A DNA stretch of 60,769 nt, counting the filler, from Sphacelaria rigidula (lineage: Eukaryota): NCBI GenBank assembly GCA_964200075.2. It is 5 parts of 5 records of this genome, joined end to end, with 100 filler letters (N's around TTAATTAATTAA, not from the genome) between each part and the next. Parts side by side here need not be neighbours in the genome. Positions count along the whole stretch, not along the records: positions 48,697 to 60,769 come from CAXNAA020004159.1; 4 more parts are not named here. One strand, given 5' to 3'. Under the pieces are notes generated by a model. That model was not told where the DNA came from. It did no database searches and saw nothing but the letters and a program-made list of their open reading frames with translations. A program made the position numbers and the translations under genes. Positions 49,013 to 60,769 of this stretch are shown here, piece by piece. Each line of letters opens with the position of its first letter. Position 1 is the first letter of the stretch.

Positions 49013-52000
49013 GGGCCGCACCGTGGATATGTTCCGGCTATTCAAGGACGTGCAGAAGAGAGGGGGGCACGAGCGGCTGACCAGTGAAAAGGGCTGGGAA
49101 GAGCTGGCCGCCGGCATGCGTTTTCCAAACATGGGGGAAGCAGTCCACGAGGCGTACGTCAGATACCTCAGTGACTTCGAGGTAGGGCTTGCCGAGGAGG
49201 GAGATATGGATGGTACCCGCACCAGCTAGGTGTCTAACATGGAGAGTTCTGTAACGGTGTAACATTTAGGGTACACGCTGTGAATGATCAGAGTACAGGG
49301 CAGCTTTGTAGTTTGCGAATACTGTGACAGCAAGGGCGTACATACTAATTCAGTGGAGGAATGTGCATTCTGTTTCGCCAGAGGGTACGAACTCACTTTA
49401 CTCCTGTCGACGGTACATGCAAGCGAGAGGGAATTACTGTCAAAAATATATATGAAGTAGCAACTAGCTGTCCAGAGGCACTCCGGTTGTAAGGGGAGTC
49501 AGCATACAACCCAGGTGGGTGGCTGCCACGTATAGTTCATGGTCCAGGCTGCGCCATCTCGAGCAGTATCCCGGGATGACTTACTGTAGGTAGTGTTTGT
49601 GGGTGGTCGTGCCCATTGGTTGTTGCCGCGGCTAGTCTGTCTCTAGGTGCCCAGCTGCTGTGACTGGACGAGGCGCGCTATATTTATATTTCAGCACTCC
49701 TTGTGCCTGTCTCTTGTCTCCTCGTGACGTGTTCTCGTGGCGTCACATTATGGTCTTCATTGTTGGTCGCATGCATCCACGTCCTGTGGTTTGCCGTGGT
49801 GTCGATGTTTCGGCAGGAGTCATGTTACGTCATCCTGTCGTTGATTGTTCGGTGCTCCTCCTTGCTCGTAATCTTGTTAGTTCCTCGTGACATGCGGTCA
49901 TAATCTATCGCGTGTGTTGTCTCGGTTATTGATTGCTGTACCTGTAATGTTTGTGCCTTCAAATACTGGATCATGTTTCTCGTGTCTTGTACGATCGCGT
50001 CACAGGCGGCGAACAGTGGCCGAGGTATCGAGGGCGGCTTCTCCCCCGTTGTGTATCAGGAGAGACCCAGCGTAGAGGCGGATCTCAGGTGATTTTGTGT
50101 AACCCAGCACATACCACGGTGTGCTTTGCTTGTATTGGAACCACGCCCTGGACAGTGGATTCCATTGTCAAAAAGTGTACTCGTTATAGTATTTACTGTT
50201 GCGTCTATTGCAATGGACAACAGATTCTCTTCTGTGCACAGTACATTTTTTTTGACAAAATAATCTTTTGTTCAGGGTGTGATGGGAACGGTCCAGTCGC
50301 ATGATTCATGCCCATGCTCACGCTTCATCACTCGATAGATTGGGACGTATAATGTGTTCCAATGACCGCAATGTGCGAATGTATGCCTTCTGCGGAAAAA
50401 GCCGAGTTATCCAGCGTCGTGAGGTATACTAGTGTGAACAAAAGGTGTTGGATGTGGTGCTGTTATATCTTGTTGCTGCCGTGATTTTCTGTTTTCATCA
50501 GCACAAAGGCGGATGATCGAATGCAAGCGCATCTTTTGCATCTATGTTCTCACTTCCGGCTGCTAACCGTCGTTGCTTCATCTCCGGAGTCCTCTACACA
50601 AAATATTCGTGGACCATGCGATCAACGATGCGCCGAGCCCACACATTGAACCATGTGGTTTAGCGCACGGTCATGCTAGAACATGTCCACCCCTTCCTGA
50701 TGGTTCTTGTCTCAAGCAATAGGTTACACGTACGGGAGCAGACGGTTTTACAGTTACCCTCGGCCGTATCATCTCAACTGTGCCCAGTGCCTTGTACACT
50801 TGGCCACATGATCTCAGTCGTACCCAAAACGCACGCTAGCACATGGCATAGCAGTGCCCGTACCAACTTTCAAGGTGGACATTCGTTGTACTGTAGTTAT
50901 GAACTATACATGCGCCGAAAAAAGTTACCACGATGTGCGCCCCTTACAAAGCTATACGTGAACCAGTTCGATCAACTGCTATTGCAACACGGCCTCCCGC
51001 GTAGTTCGAGAACGCACATCAACTGGGACACATGAAAGACCAGATGGTGTACTTGATCCCTGTCTGCGATGCTGTCTTCTTTTGCCCCCCTCTCTCGCCG
51101 CCGGCCGCAACTAATCACAAGAGTCGGGACTACTCTGTGGCACTACATGGACGAGGACGGCGACGCCGGGCGCTGCTACGCTGGAACCGTGAAAGCCATT
51201 CGCCCCAACAACCAGTGCGTCGTGGAGTATGACCGAGCGGAGCGCGAAATTCCCGCGGTGTTTTCTTCGAGCACCAGAGTGGGGGATGGAAGGCTGAGCG
51301 CCAGAATGGCCGGCATTGAGGGATGGGCCGACGCGCTGCAGGACTCGGAGGAAGTGGAGGCGTTTCGTGTGACTCTACCGAGGTCCCAGCTGTCGACCCT
51401 GGTATTGAACGGGCGGTCGCCGGCGGCGGCGAAGCTCGCGGCGCATGGGGTTGTCTGTGAGGTCAGTTGTGGTCGGGAGCGGAAGGGGGGCGGGCGGGGC
51501 GGGGGGAAAGGATCGTCGGCTGGTTTGCGTCGGTGTTGCAATCGTTTATCGTTGCTGCCGTCGTGTCTGGCGCTACGGACACTCTGTTGCTGTTGGATTA
51601 GTAAAGTGTTGCGGTTCGCGTCTTCATTGTCACCTGCTCGTCTTTCCTACTGTGGCTATCGCATTCTGCGGTGCGAGCATTCGTGTTTTGCTGCTGCTTG
51701 CCACTTTTGTGAGTGGCGGTGAAACGCAACATACACCTACCCCATTACTATTGACAGGAGCAACATATTTGTCGCGTATGGTGTGCTGAAATATCGTGCT
51801 GTCATAGAGCACATATTTTTGTTGTTGCTGTTGTGCACCGCCAGGCTTTGCAGAGCGCGACAGCATTTGCCGCAGTTGAGCCGCTCCCCTGATACCGCTG
51901 TTGCGCTTCCATTCGGGTCGTGGGTCTCATGTTTCGTCCAGTCCGTATTTCCTGCAGGTCACTACCCTCGTTTTATCCATTTTTTCAAACGCACTTCGGC

Positions 52001-55000
52001 GGTGAAAGTCACGCTGCGTGACGTCACAGACTCTCTGTAGCACATACGCACTTGGGCTGAAATCGTTTCTTGGACGCCATTTCCCCACTTGATGTGCGTG
52101 TTCTGTTCAGGTATGCAGCATCGCGTCGGCCTCGAACGCGACGCTCGCCGTGTGCGTTTCTTGCGACAGCGCGTACCACTTGGGTTGCGTGGAGCCCACG
52201 CTGGCGAGGGTGCCCTTATACGATTGGTTCTGCGGCGACTGCGCCAAGGACGGCAACACGGCGGAAGCGTTGGCGCAAGGAATTTGGGCGCCCTCTACTC
52301 TTTCGTCGTCCTCCTCGCCATCCGCGGATGCAGCAGCAGCAAAAGATTCGGCGACGGGAAGTAGTCCCAATAGCAGCAATAGTAGTAAAGATCCGGATTG
52401 TGAAACGGGTTCACAGCAAAAGCGTATACAGCAGCAGCGTCGGGCAGAAATCCCTGTAAAAGGAGGGGAAATGAAGGGTGACGGCAAGGCGGCGGCAGCC
52501 GGCAATGGCTGTGCTGCCGGTGGCGGCGGCGAAGCATGGACTGAGGGCGGAGGAAGCTCATCGGAGGAGGCCGAGGGAAGCAGGGAGAACAGGCAGGACA
52601 GCGGTAGCGGGTGCGACACGAGGTCTGGATCGGCGTCCCGCATGCGTGGGGTGTCGAGCATGAAAGGACGCGCGCTCAGGTACGGGTTCGGTAACGGCGG
52701 GCAGTTTACGCTGAAGGAATTTGCCCTGATGGCCGACGGGTGGCGGTCTAGCTACCTGGCCCGGCGGGGTCTGGGAGACGACGCAACGGAGGAAGAAATG
52801 GAAGCAGAATTTTGGAAGCTGGTGGGGCCGGATCCTCCAGAAGACGATGTGAAGGTGCTCTACGGGAGTGATCTAGACACGGGGGCTGTGGGCAGCGGCT
52901 TCCCTTGGTCCCGTGGGGGAGGAACGGGCGATGGGCATGCCGCTGCCGCCGAGCAAGGACCCCAGTCGAAGCGCAGGCGTGGCTGGTGTGACAACATGGA
53001 AGAGGATGCCGACCACGAGGAATACTCGTACGAGGACGACACGTGGAACCTTAACTGTCTCCCAACGGCGGACGGGTCGCTGCTGCAATTCCTCGGGACG
53101 CACATCCAGGGGGTTATGGTTCCGTGGCTGTATGTGGGCATGGCGTTCAGCGCGTTTTGCTGGCACAACGAGGACCACTATTTGTACTCAATCAACTACC
53201 TCCACGCAGGGTCTCCGAAGCGATGGTACAGCGTTCCGGGGGCGATGGCGGGGCAGTTCGAAACGGCTGTGCAGGAGTTGTTCCCCGAGCTGTTCGAGGC
53301 ACACCCGGATCTGCTGATGCAGCTGGTGACGATGGCGCATCCGTCGGAGCTTGCAAAGCGAGGTGTACCCGTCGCTTCGACGACTCAGAGGGAAGGGGAG
53401 TTTGTGCTGACGTTCCCACAGGCGTACCACGCGGGATTCAATATGGGTACGAACTGCGCGGAGGCCGTGAACTTCGCGCCTCCTGATTGGCTGCCTTGGG
53501 GGAACGCGGCCCAGGAGCGCTACCGCGTACACAGGCGGAAACCCGTGTTCTCGCACGAGGGTCTGGTGCTATCGCTGGTGGATCTACTTACAAAGCAAAG
53601 CCGGGAAGGCGTACACACTTCGGGAGAACTGTACAGGTTCTTGCGAGACGAGGTGGAGGTGCTGGCGGTGGCCCAGGAGGAAGAAATGGCGGCCGCCAGG
53701 CGCCTGGGATGCACGCGCTTCGAGCCTATGGAGAAGCTTGTCGAACGTCTGCGAGGTTATAACAGCAGACCTGCAACGTCCTTCAAATCGGCTACGTTGT
53801 CCAAGGGAACGGCGACTAGCGTGGCTGTGGGACACTCGGGAGGCTCCCGGCGACGATCCGGTGACAGCTGTGTCATCGGGCACGCCCACCAGTCCCACGG
53901 AGATGATGGCATTTTGACGGCGATAGAGTCCGCCAGCCCAGTCCAAGGACCCCAGTGCACGGTCTGCCATCAGTACTGCTTCCTGGCCTTGGCAGTATGT
54001 GACACATGCCATAGTGCGGCGGCGAGCGGGCGACGGGGCAGCCGGAGCGGCAGCGGATCTTTCAGGCGGTTTGCGTGCGGTCGGCACCTGGAGCAGCTGT
54101 GCGCTTGTCCATGTTCAAGTTACACGTTTTACGTGCGGAAGGATGCAGCGGCTCTCCGTGCCGCCAGCAGCGGCCTATCTAGCTTGTACGATTACTTGGA
54201 GGTCTGGGCTGATGAAGCTCGTGGTATTATCGCTGCTGTGAATGGCGGCGCCGACGCCGATCCGGCAAGGGAAGCGGCCGAAAACATCGACTGCGCCGGT
54301 GACAACGAGCTTGTGGGCGCCGTCCGCGTAAAGGGTGAGGGCGCGTCCGAAGACGAGAGGGAAACATTGAATAGTGCTGCTACGTCGTCGTCGTCCAAGT
54401 CGCTCGTAGCGCCGAAGGCGGAGCGGAAAGACCTCCCTGCGGCAGTAGGGGAAGGAGGCAAGGTCTCGAGGTCGCAAATATCTCGCCGACACACCGCTCC
54501 TACGATGCCGCCGTCGCCGGGGAAAGGTGAAGAGTTCCGCTCCACGCTTCTCCCACCCAGATGGCACGAGCGCCCGACGCTCGGCTACCTCAAGGAGTTG
54601 ATCAGGGTAGGCGCAGAGCTCGGAGGCTCAGAAGTGCTACTGACCGATTTGGCCGCGCTGGTCGATGGCTGCGCGCGCTGGACAAAGACTGTCCGCATGC
54701 TTGTAGGTCGGGAAAACGCGTTGCGTCGGGTTTTAGTCACAACTGGAGCAGCCACCACTGGTGGCGTGGGGTCGGGTAACAACGGCGGCGCCGGAGAAGG
54801 GCAAAATGGCTCCGCGGCTGAAAACAAGACGAAAAGAAGGGAGCCGGCGGCGTTCCACAAGGTTACGTCGTTGCTGAAGCGAGAGGGCGGGTTGCCGGCG
54901 AGGGCGCCGGAGCTCACGGAGGAGCTTTGCTCTTTATTACTCGGGGCCTGCGACCTCAGAAAGCAAGTTAGGCTCGTGCTGGGGCTCGGTGAAGATGAGG

Positions 55001-56351
55001 TGTGTATGGTTTGCGTTTGTCTTGGTTTTACCGCAGTGATTTTTTACATGGTGCCGTGGCCGTCTCAAGCACTTCATATGGTGTTTGGCAGGCAGGGGTG
55101 GTCTGAAGATCCACTAGAGGTGTGCTTCGATGTTGGGAAGGATTCAGATGAATCATTCACACTCTGGAATGGCACAGGCGGGCTACAATAGTAGATCGTT
55201 GTTCGTTTATTCTCAACCCTCGCTCATCTTCCGTTCTTTCCACTTTCTTTGATGTGTGACCTCTTTTAACTATTTCTATCACTTCTCAGAGCATTCTGCG
55301 AATCACTGCGCTGTGCTTGGATCTGCAAAAGGCATCGAAAGCGACCAAACCTCTGTCGCTCAAGTCGAGATGTCTCATCTTGAAACCCACCGGCGGTAAA
55401 AGGGATAGTACCTACGGTGACGGCGTCGGGAATGCTGTGAACTGTTCCGCTAGTTTACTACCGCTCGCGTCTGGCGGGAATACGTGTTCGGTGGAGGGTA
55501 TCACCAGCAAGGACGGCATGACATCAGTTGCACTAGGACTGTCACTGATGTGCTCTTCCTCGGCGTCGGGCAGTGGCGGTGGTGGCGTCGGCGCCCACGC
55601 ATCCAGACCAATCGGTGAATCATCCGGCGCCGATCAACCCTACCCGACAGGAGCAACGGCCGCCGGGGGGGGGGTAGCGGCTGGTGTTGGAGTGGTGGGC
55701 GTCGCTGCGTGCGCGTCTGGCAACTCCGCCTCCGCGGGGGTCAGCACGGGTCCGACCGGCCGGACTCGAACGCGCACGAACGTATCGCTTCCCACAGGAA
55801 CGCTGGCCGCGGAGCGCGGGACGTGGAGGGGGCAGGCTTGGCGTTTGTGGCCGGTGCACCAGGCGACGGCGATCGCGCTAGTGGAATCTTGCCTGTCTTC
55901 GACGGTTTCGGTCCCCGAATTGGCGCCGCTGCGAGAAGGCCTCGCGGCGCTCGCGGGCCGCGAAAACCGCACTCCGGTGAAGGTGACCTCGGTAACGCTC
56001 AAGTTGCCCGCCGATCCCAAAGAATGCTCAAGCGGGGTAGGCGCGGCTCCCGGGAGTAAGAGAGGCGGTGGTACCGTGTGTAGCGGAACATCCCGGGGAG
56101 GTTCCAGCAGTGGTGGTGGCAGCGGCGGCGGCTCTGGTGTAAAAGCGCGCCGTGTGCATGATAAATGTGACGGTGGAGGGAAAAAGGGCAGCGTCGACGG
56201 AGCGGATCAGATGCAGCAGAGTAAGAAAGCAAAAGCTCTCGGATACGCGCAGGCAGGGCCATCGAGACCTGGGGTCGCCGGCGGTGGCAGAGTGCTTTTG
56301 GGGGTCGGGATGGTCAAAAATAAGCGTCGTCGACAGGATGCTGTCGCATGA
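49013..56351 (+). CDS. KDM5: KDM5/JARID1-like JmjC histone demethylase, 5'-truncated; exons 49013-49181, 50006-50088, 51122-51461, 52111-54999, 55290-56351
   Basis: Phase-consistent GT-AG exons; ARID (VDMFRLFKDVQKRGG...W...Y.RYL..FE), PHD (CEVC...CVSCDSAYHLGC...WFCGDC), JmjC (WNLN, PWLYVGM, FCWHNED, YHAGFN, AEAVNFAP), C5HC2 finger. Confidence 0.92.
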
Positions 56352-59024
56352 TATGGTTCTGCTCAACACGATTTCTATATATACATACAAGCATGCCTGA
56401 ATCGTGGGAAGATGAGCTTTTTTTTTCTCCTCTCGATAGAGTCGTCTTGTGGGCTCGGTTGTCGTCGTTGTGTTGTTTTGTCGTGACGTGCGAACAGGTG
56501 GTGTGTGATTTTTGTGCAGTCACTGGAAGTTGGTTCGGGGGGTCGCTCCGTCACGCTTCGGAGGTCTATTGGGAGTTACGCCGTTTTTAGCGGCCTGGGA
56601 TGCTAAAGATAGGACCGTGTGCAGAGAAAACAAGAGAACCATCGTAGATGCGCGCCTGCGCGATTTGGTCTATTGAAAATTATTTTTCAAGTGGGCTGTG
56701 TGAGGGGACTACCTCATGGGAATTTGAATGGCGGGGAGTTTGCACAGAACCCGATCGAGATATTTTGGGCCCTTTTCGTGGCGGGGAGTAGGATATGCTG
56801 AGCCACAGGATGGGATACGGGCGGGGGTTACTAGATACGTTCGAAGTTTTACGACGCAGAGATTGCTTGGGGTGCCAACGCGCAGAGAAATTGTGAGCAA
56901 CTCGTCGGATTCCTCCTCAATTGTGCTTGCTGACTTGGCTTCTCTCGCCACGCTACTAGATGAAACAAGTGACGAGCGTTCTCTGAGACGGGGTGAGGAA
57001 CAGTTTTACGACTTTTTGAAGATTACTGTGTTGAATGCCGCCATTAATGCGGGAGATATAATCGAGCGGGGGGAGGGGGGGGCAGGTAAGGTGGGGGAGG
57101 CAGAACATACATGTTGATGGAAATTGGAAATTTTCCAAGGGGCGGTCAGGGCGGCCGCCGCTTTTAACCGCCTGCCGTACGCAGACGTCCAGGATGTGTT
57201 GTATACTACGGCGGGTTTTTCAAGCATTCAAGCGAGATATCTAAAAAGTCGGCCTCAGATGTAAAGGCATCGACGTACATGTTTTGTCCAGGAATCGGTG
57301 AGGGAGCAAGGGAGTCGCCGCATAGTTTCTTGCGTGTGGGTGAGAGCTCTTCCAAAAAAGATATCGTTTTTTTTTTTTCTCTCTTGTCTCGTCGATTCCT
57401 CTTGTTTTCCTCCTCCGTGGTGCTGGGGACCGACAGTGACTGATGTGGGCTCGATTCTCGTCAGGGTATTTGCTCATCGTTTTTGTCCGTAACACTGCGG
57501 TACGGTTGTAGATGTCCGCGAGGTGGGGATGTGTTGTAGGGGGGGGGGTGGGGGGGGGATGCCTTCTCTGTAATGTTTTCCACGTGTCTTATTTTACTGT
57601 ATCGAATTTTGCTTTTGGAGTAGTGTGGTGGGAGTTTCAGGTGAGATATTGTCGACTGCAAGCGAGCGCGTTGTTCAACCCCACGTGTGCCGCATGCCGT
57701 GGAGTATGTCATCACGTGATAATCTACTAAAATATGAGAAGACAGTCTCGGTGTTGCGTGGGAAATGTTCCTGTTTAAGGTTTTATCGGTCAGGTGTCGA
57801 ATCTGGTAGCTTCAAGAGGATTTCAAGGGCTCTTGGACGACGAGTGCCCCCCTCTCTTCCTTTCGACCTTACGCCGGGTGCTTGTTTCTGTGTTTTGATT
57901 ACTAGAGCTAGCAGGGGGGTGGGTCGACAATGTCGAGTACAGTCACATGAAAGTGGGTTGGAGGCCTCGTTACATGGTAGGCGATGAAGACGTCGATCAG
58001 GTTGTTGCTCTGGTATGGAGTCAAACAATGTTAGGTTTTCATGTTATGAAGGCATCCCATGGTATACGGGCAGGGGGGGGGCGGAGGCAGGGGCGTTTCG
58101 ACCACATGTCGCCCGGGCTCGAAAACAGCCACTGTTGGATGTTGCGTGAGGCAGTAGAGAGTGCTTAGAATGGTCTTGACTGTCGACATTCAGCGACATT
58201 TCGATTGCTTGACGACCCTGTACTCCACGAAAATGCATGTACAGAAGAGTGTCGTTGTTAGTTATAAGGTACACCCATGAACGCCCTTGCCTCGGACATC
58301 ATACCCCCCCCCCCCCTTCTCGTGAGACGGCGCTGTGAAGGGTTTGACGGAAGATGACCACAATTATTAGGTAACTGGGTCATGAATGGAGTTGTTTCGT
58401 AAGTGCATCCACCTTAGCACGCTGTGACCAACCTGAAACGTGATTAGATTTTAAGCTTGTACGGTAAGCAGTAACCTTCTCTGACTTTCTTGGCGAGCGT
58501 GCGCGAGGTGATGGAAGGAAGGATGGGGGAGAATGAAAGTACATGTCTGTTGTCTGTTGTGTTAGTGCGCTATCTAGTGAGTTAAACCAAGTATTACAAG
58601 AGGAAATCGTGGTGCGAAATTGGAAGATGGGCATGCGTTTACGCTTTTTCGGTCCAACTCTTCGTCTGCGCGGTGCCCTCAGTCCAATCCAGTACCGCGC
58701 GTGCTGTCATGCTGAGGGCGAGGGCATTTTTGTTCCGTCACTGTGTGGAAAAAAACGGCAGCCTCTATTTTCGCCGAAGTCAGGCTGAGGTTCGATCTTC
58801 GCGTGGGCATCGATGAAAGTTTTCAAGACGCTTGTTGTGTCTCTGTGTTCCCCCTGTCCTCCCGAAGAAGGGAAAAACAGAAGATGCATTCATTGCGAGC
58901 GACTCATGGTAGGGCGATGCAACAGCTATTTCTCTTCCGCGGGTAGTAAATTCGTTGTACATTTCACAACACACTATTTTTTGCATTTTCGGCATATTCC
59001 CGAATAGCGTAAAACAACGGAACG

Positions 59025-59468
59025 AACACGGGATCTTACAAATTGGGGATGGATCTTTCTTGGGGGATGAAAAACCCGGAGAATTGAAATATTCGTATCC
59101 ACACCAATTTTTCGGAATATGGTTCCATTTCTTCACCTACTGATAGCTATTGACATCTAGTACACGCCATAGAAATTTGGATTTCGATCACCGAACTGTT
59201 GAGGTCTTAGATGAAAAACCATTTTTTGGGAATTTCGGGTGTCCGAACGGACGCCAAAATGCTTCCGAAATTGGTTTTTCACTCAAGACCTCAACATTTC
59301 GGTGATCGAAATCCAAATTTCTATGGCGTGTAGCAGTTGTCAAAAGTCATCAGTAGGTGAAGAAATAAAACCATATTTCGAAGATTTGGTGTGGATATGA
59401 AGATTTAAATTCTCCGGGTTTCTCATCTCCAATAAAATACCCATCACCAATTTGTAAGATCCCGTGTT
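59025..59468. mobile_element. Palindromic MITE family 1, intact copy
   Basis: Perfect 22-bp termini AACACGGGATCTTACAAATTGG/CCAATTTGTAAGATCCCGTGTT; 4-bp TSD AACG (59021-59024, 59469-59472). Confidence 0.9.
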
Positions 59469-60769
59469 AACGGTCAATTACGAGGTACAGATGAATCTGT
59501 TTTTGCTGTGTTCGCGTAGATGAGCCCTTTGAGCTCTGTGAACAATTATCCTTGGCTCGCTCGGTGTTGCTCGGTGTTTTTTTCAGGATATGTTGACGCC
59601 GTTCTGCCAGTCATGGACAAAGATAAGCACAACCCGATTCGAGATACTAGGGTACCGCCGACTTCGAGAACATAGTCGCCTGAGAACACCCCCAGAAACA
59701 CATAATTCTCAAGCTCCGGTAGGAGATTTGGTCTGTCTCAACGAAAAAATGTGAGATAATCAATCAATCAAATCAAACGAAAATAGGGGAAGGTGTCCGC
59801 TTCAGGTCCTGTTGAACATCAGAAGAAACTGTTCAACAGCAAGACGAAACGTATCGGGCATCGGCGTCGAACACTGCTCGAACAACGGAACATAATTCGA
59901 CAAGTTACTGCTCGTATTAGAAAACCATGCGCTTGGAACACTTTGCAGCTTGGAAGACACAGATTTTGATGGAAAGAAACTTCTCCGGGCCCCCATGTGT
60001 GTTGTACCCGCCTGTAAAAGTCGTTCCTTGTTCAGCGATGCCTGGCTGGGGGACAGGGAAGCCATGCTCCCTGAGGTTTTCAGAACCGTTTTCATTAGTG
60101 CATATAGCTCATGAAAATCAAACTGTCCAGCTTTCACAGGTGTTGCGAAATCGGTGTAGTCTGTTAGTGTGACCACCACTGCGCAGACGGGAGGTAGCTA
60201 TGATCCGGTTTGCCTGGCGTACTGCCGACAGAGTCGCGTGAAAGCCACAAGACCCTTGCTGTCGGCGGTTGATGGCGTGGGTCTCGAAGGCAAAGGCATG
60301 CGGTTGATCGTAGAGCACTCTCGTCTCTCCTCTCGAGTTGTGATAATCCATGACCTTCTGATATCGGAATAATTATTACTTATGGGAAGCTACTCCTGCT
60401 GTACCGAGCTGTCGACGCGACCACCGTATGTGTGCTGCAGATTGCCCATGCGCCACGCTAGCAACACTTAGGTCACCACCATAGGTATCTTTCTTCACTC
60501 CGCACGTCAAAGAAGTCCCTACAAGTGTTTTGTATCTCATGAACTCCCCTCAACTGGCGTGTAGCACGCTGTTCTGCTCGTCTGCTCGGCTTGGGGACGT
60601 CGGAGCAGATCAACGAAGAATAACACCCCTCAAGTTCGAATTGGATCTATCTGTTGTTATTGCCGCAGCACCACCCTTGCTGGCATGTGTGTGACAGAGT
60701 ACAGTGGTAGCGGTGACGGGAACATTGCCCTGTTTTCAACGTGTTCTTCACTGCACAGACGCGCGTCTT

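Noticed and set aside
55000..55191. C-terminus of the 1013-aa ORF as the true KDM5 end
   Set aside because: A GT donor at 55000 and an in-phase acceptor at 55289 indicate read-through into an intron
25500..56351. Functional cluster of phosphatase, GCP3, RPA2 and KDM5
   Set aside because: The genes lie on separate, artificially joined contigs

Overview
Eukaryotic, intron-rich, repeat-rich DNA, most likely from a stramenopile such as a brown alga (inference from gene structure, GC-rich exons and repeat content). The window is not one locus. It consists of five contigs of 12075, 12074, 12074, 12073 and 12073 bp joined by identical 100-bp N44-TTAATTAATTAA-N44 linkers, so adjacency across linkers means nothing. 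Contig 1 holds nested MITEs, LINE 3' ends and a decayed Ngaro-type tyrosine-recombinase retrotransposon with split direct repeats. Contig 2 holds a Gypsy-like LTR remnant with a chromo-like plus Tudor-like C-terminus, a 40/41-bp tandem array and about 7 kb of non-coding modular DNA. Contig 3 holds two exons of a PPP-family (PP5/PPEF-like) phosphatase and six exons of gamma-tubulin complex protein GCP3; they are convergent and I could not find the 3' end of either. Contig 4 holds piggyBac, Harbinger and hAT-type elements and one RNA polymerase I RPA2 exon. Contig 5 holds a 5'-truncated KDM5/JARID1-like JmjC demethylase. The most unusual signals are a LINE family ending in poly(C) rather than poly(A), the Tudor-bearing LTR remnant, and two MITE families with 4-bp TSDs and unassigned termini. 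I found no CRISPR, rRNA, bona fide tRNA or Fanzor-like system.
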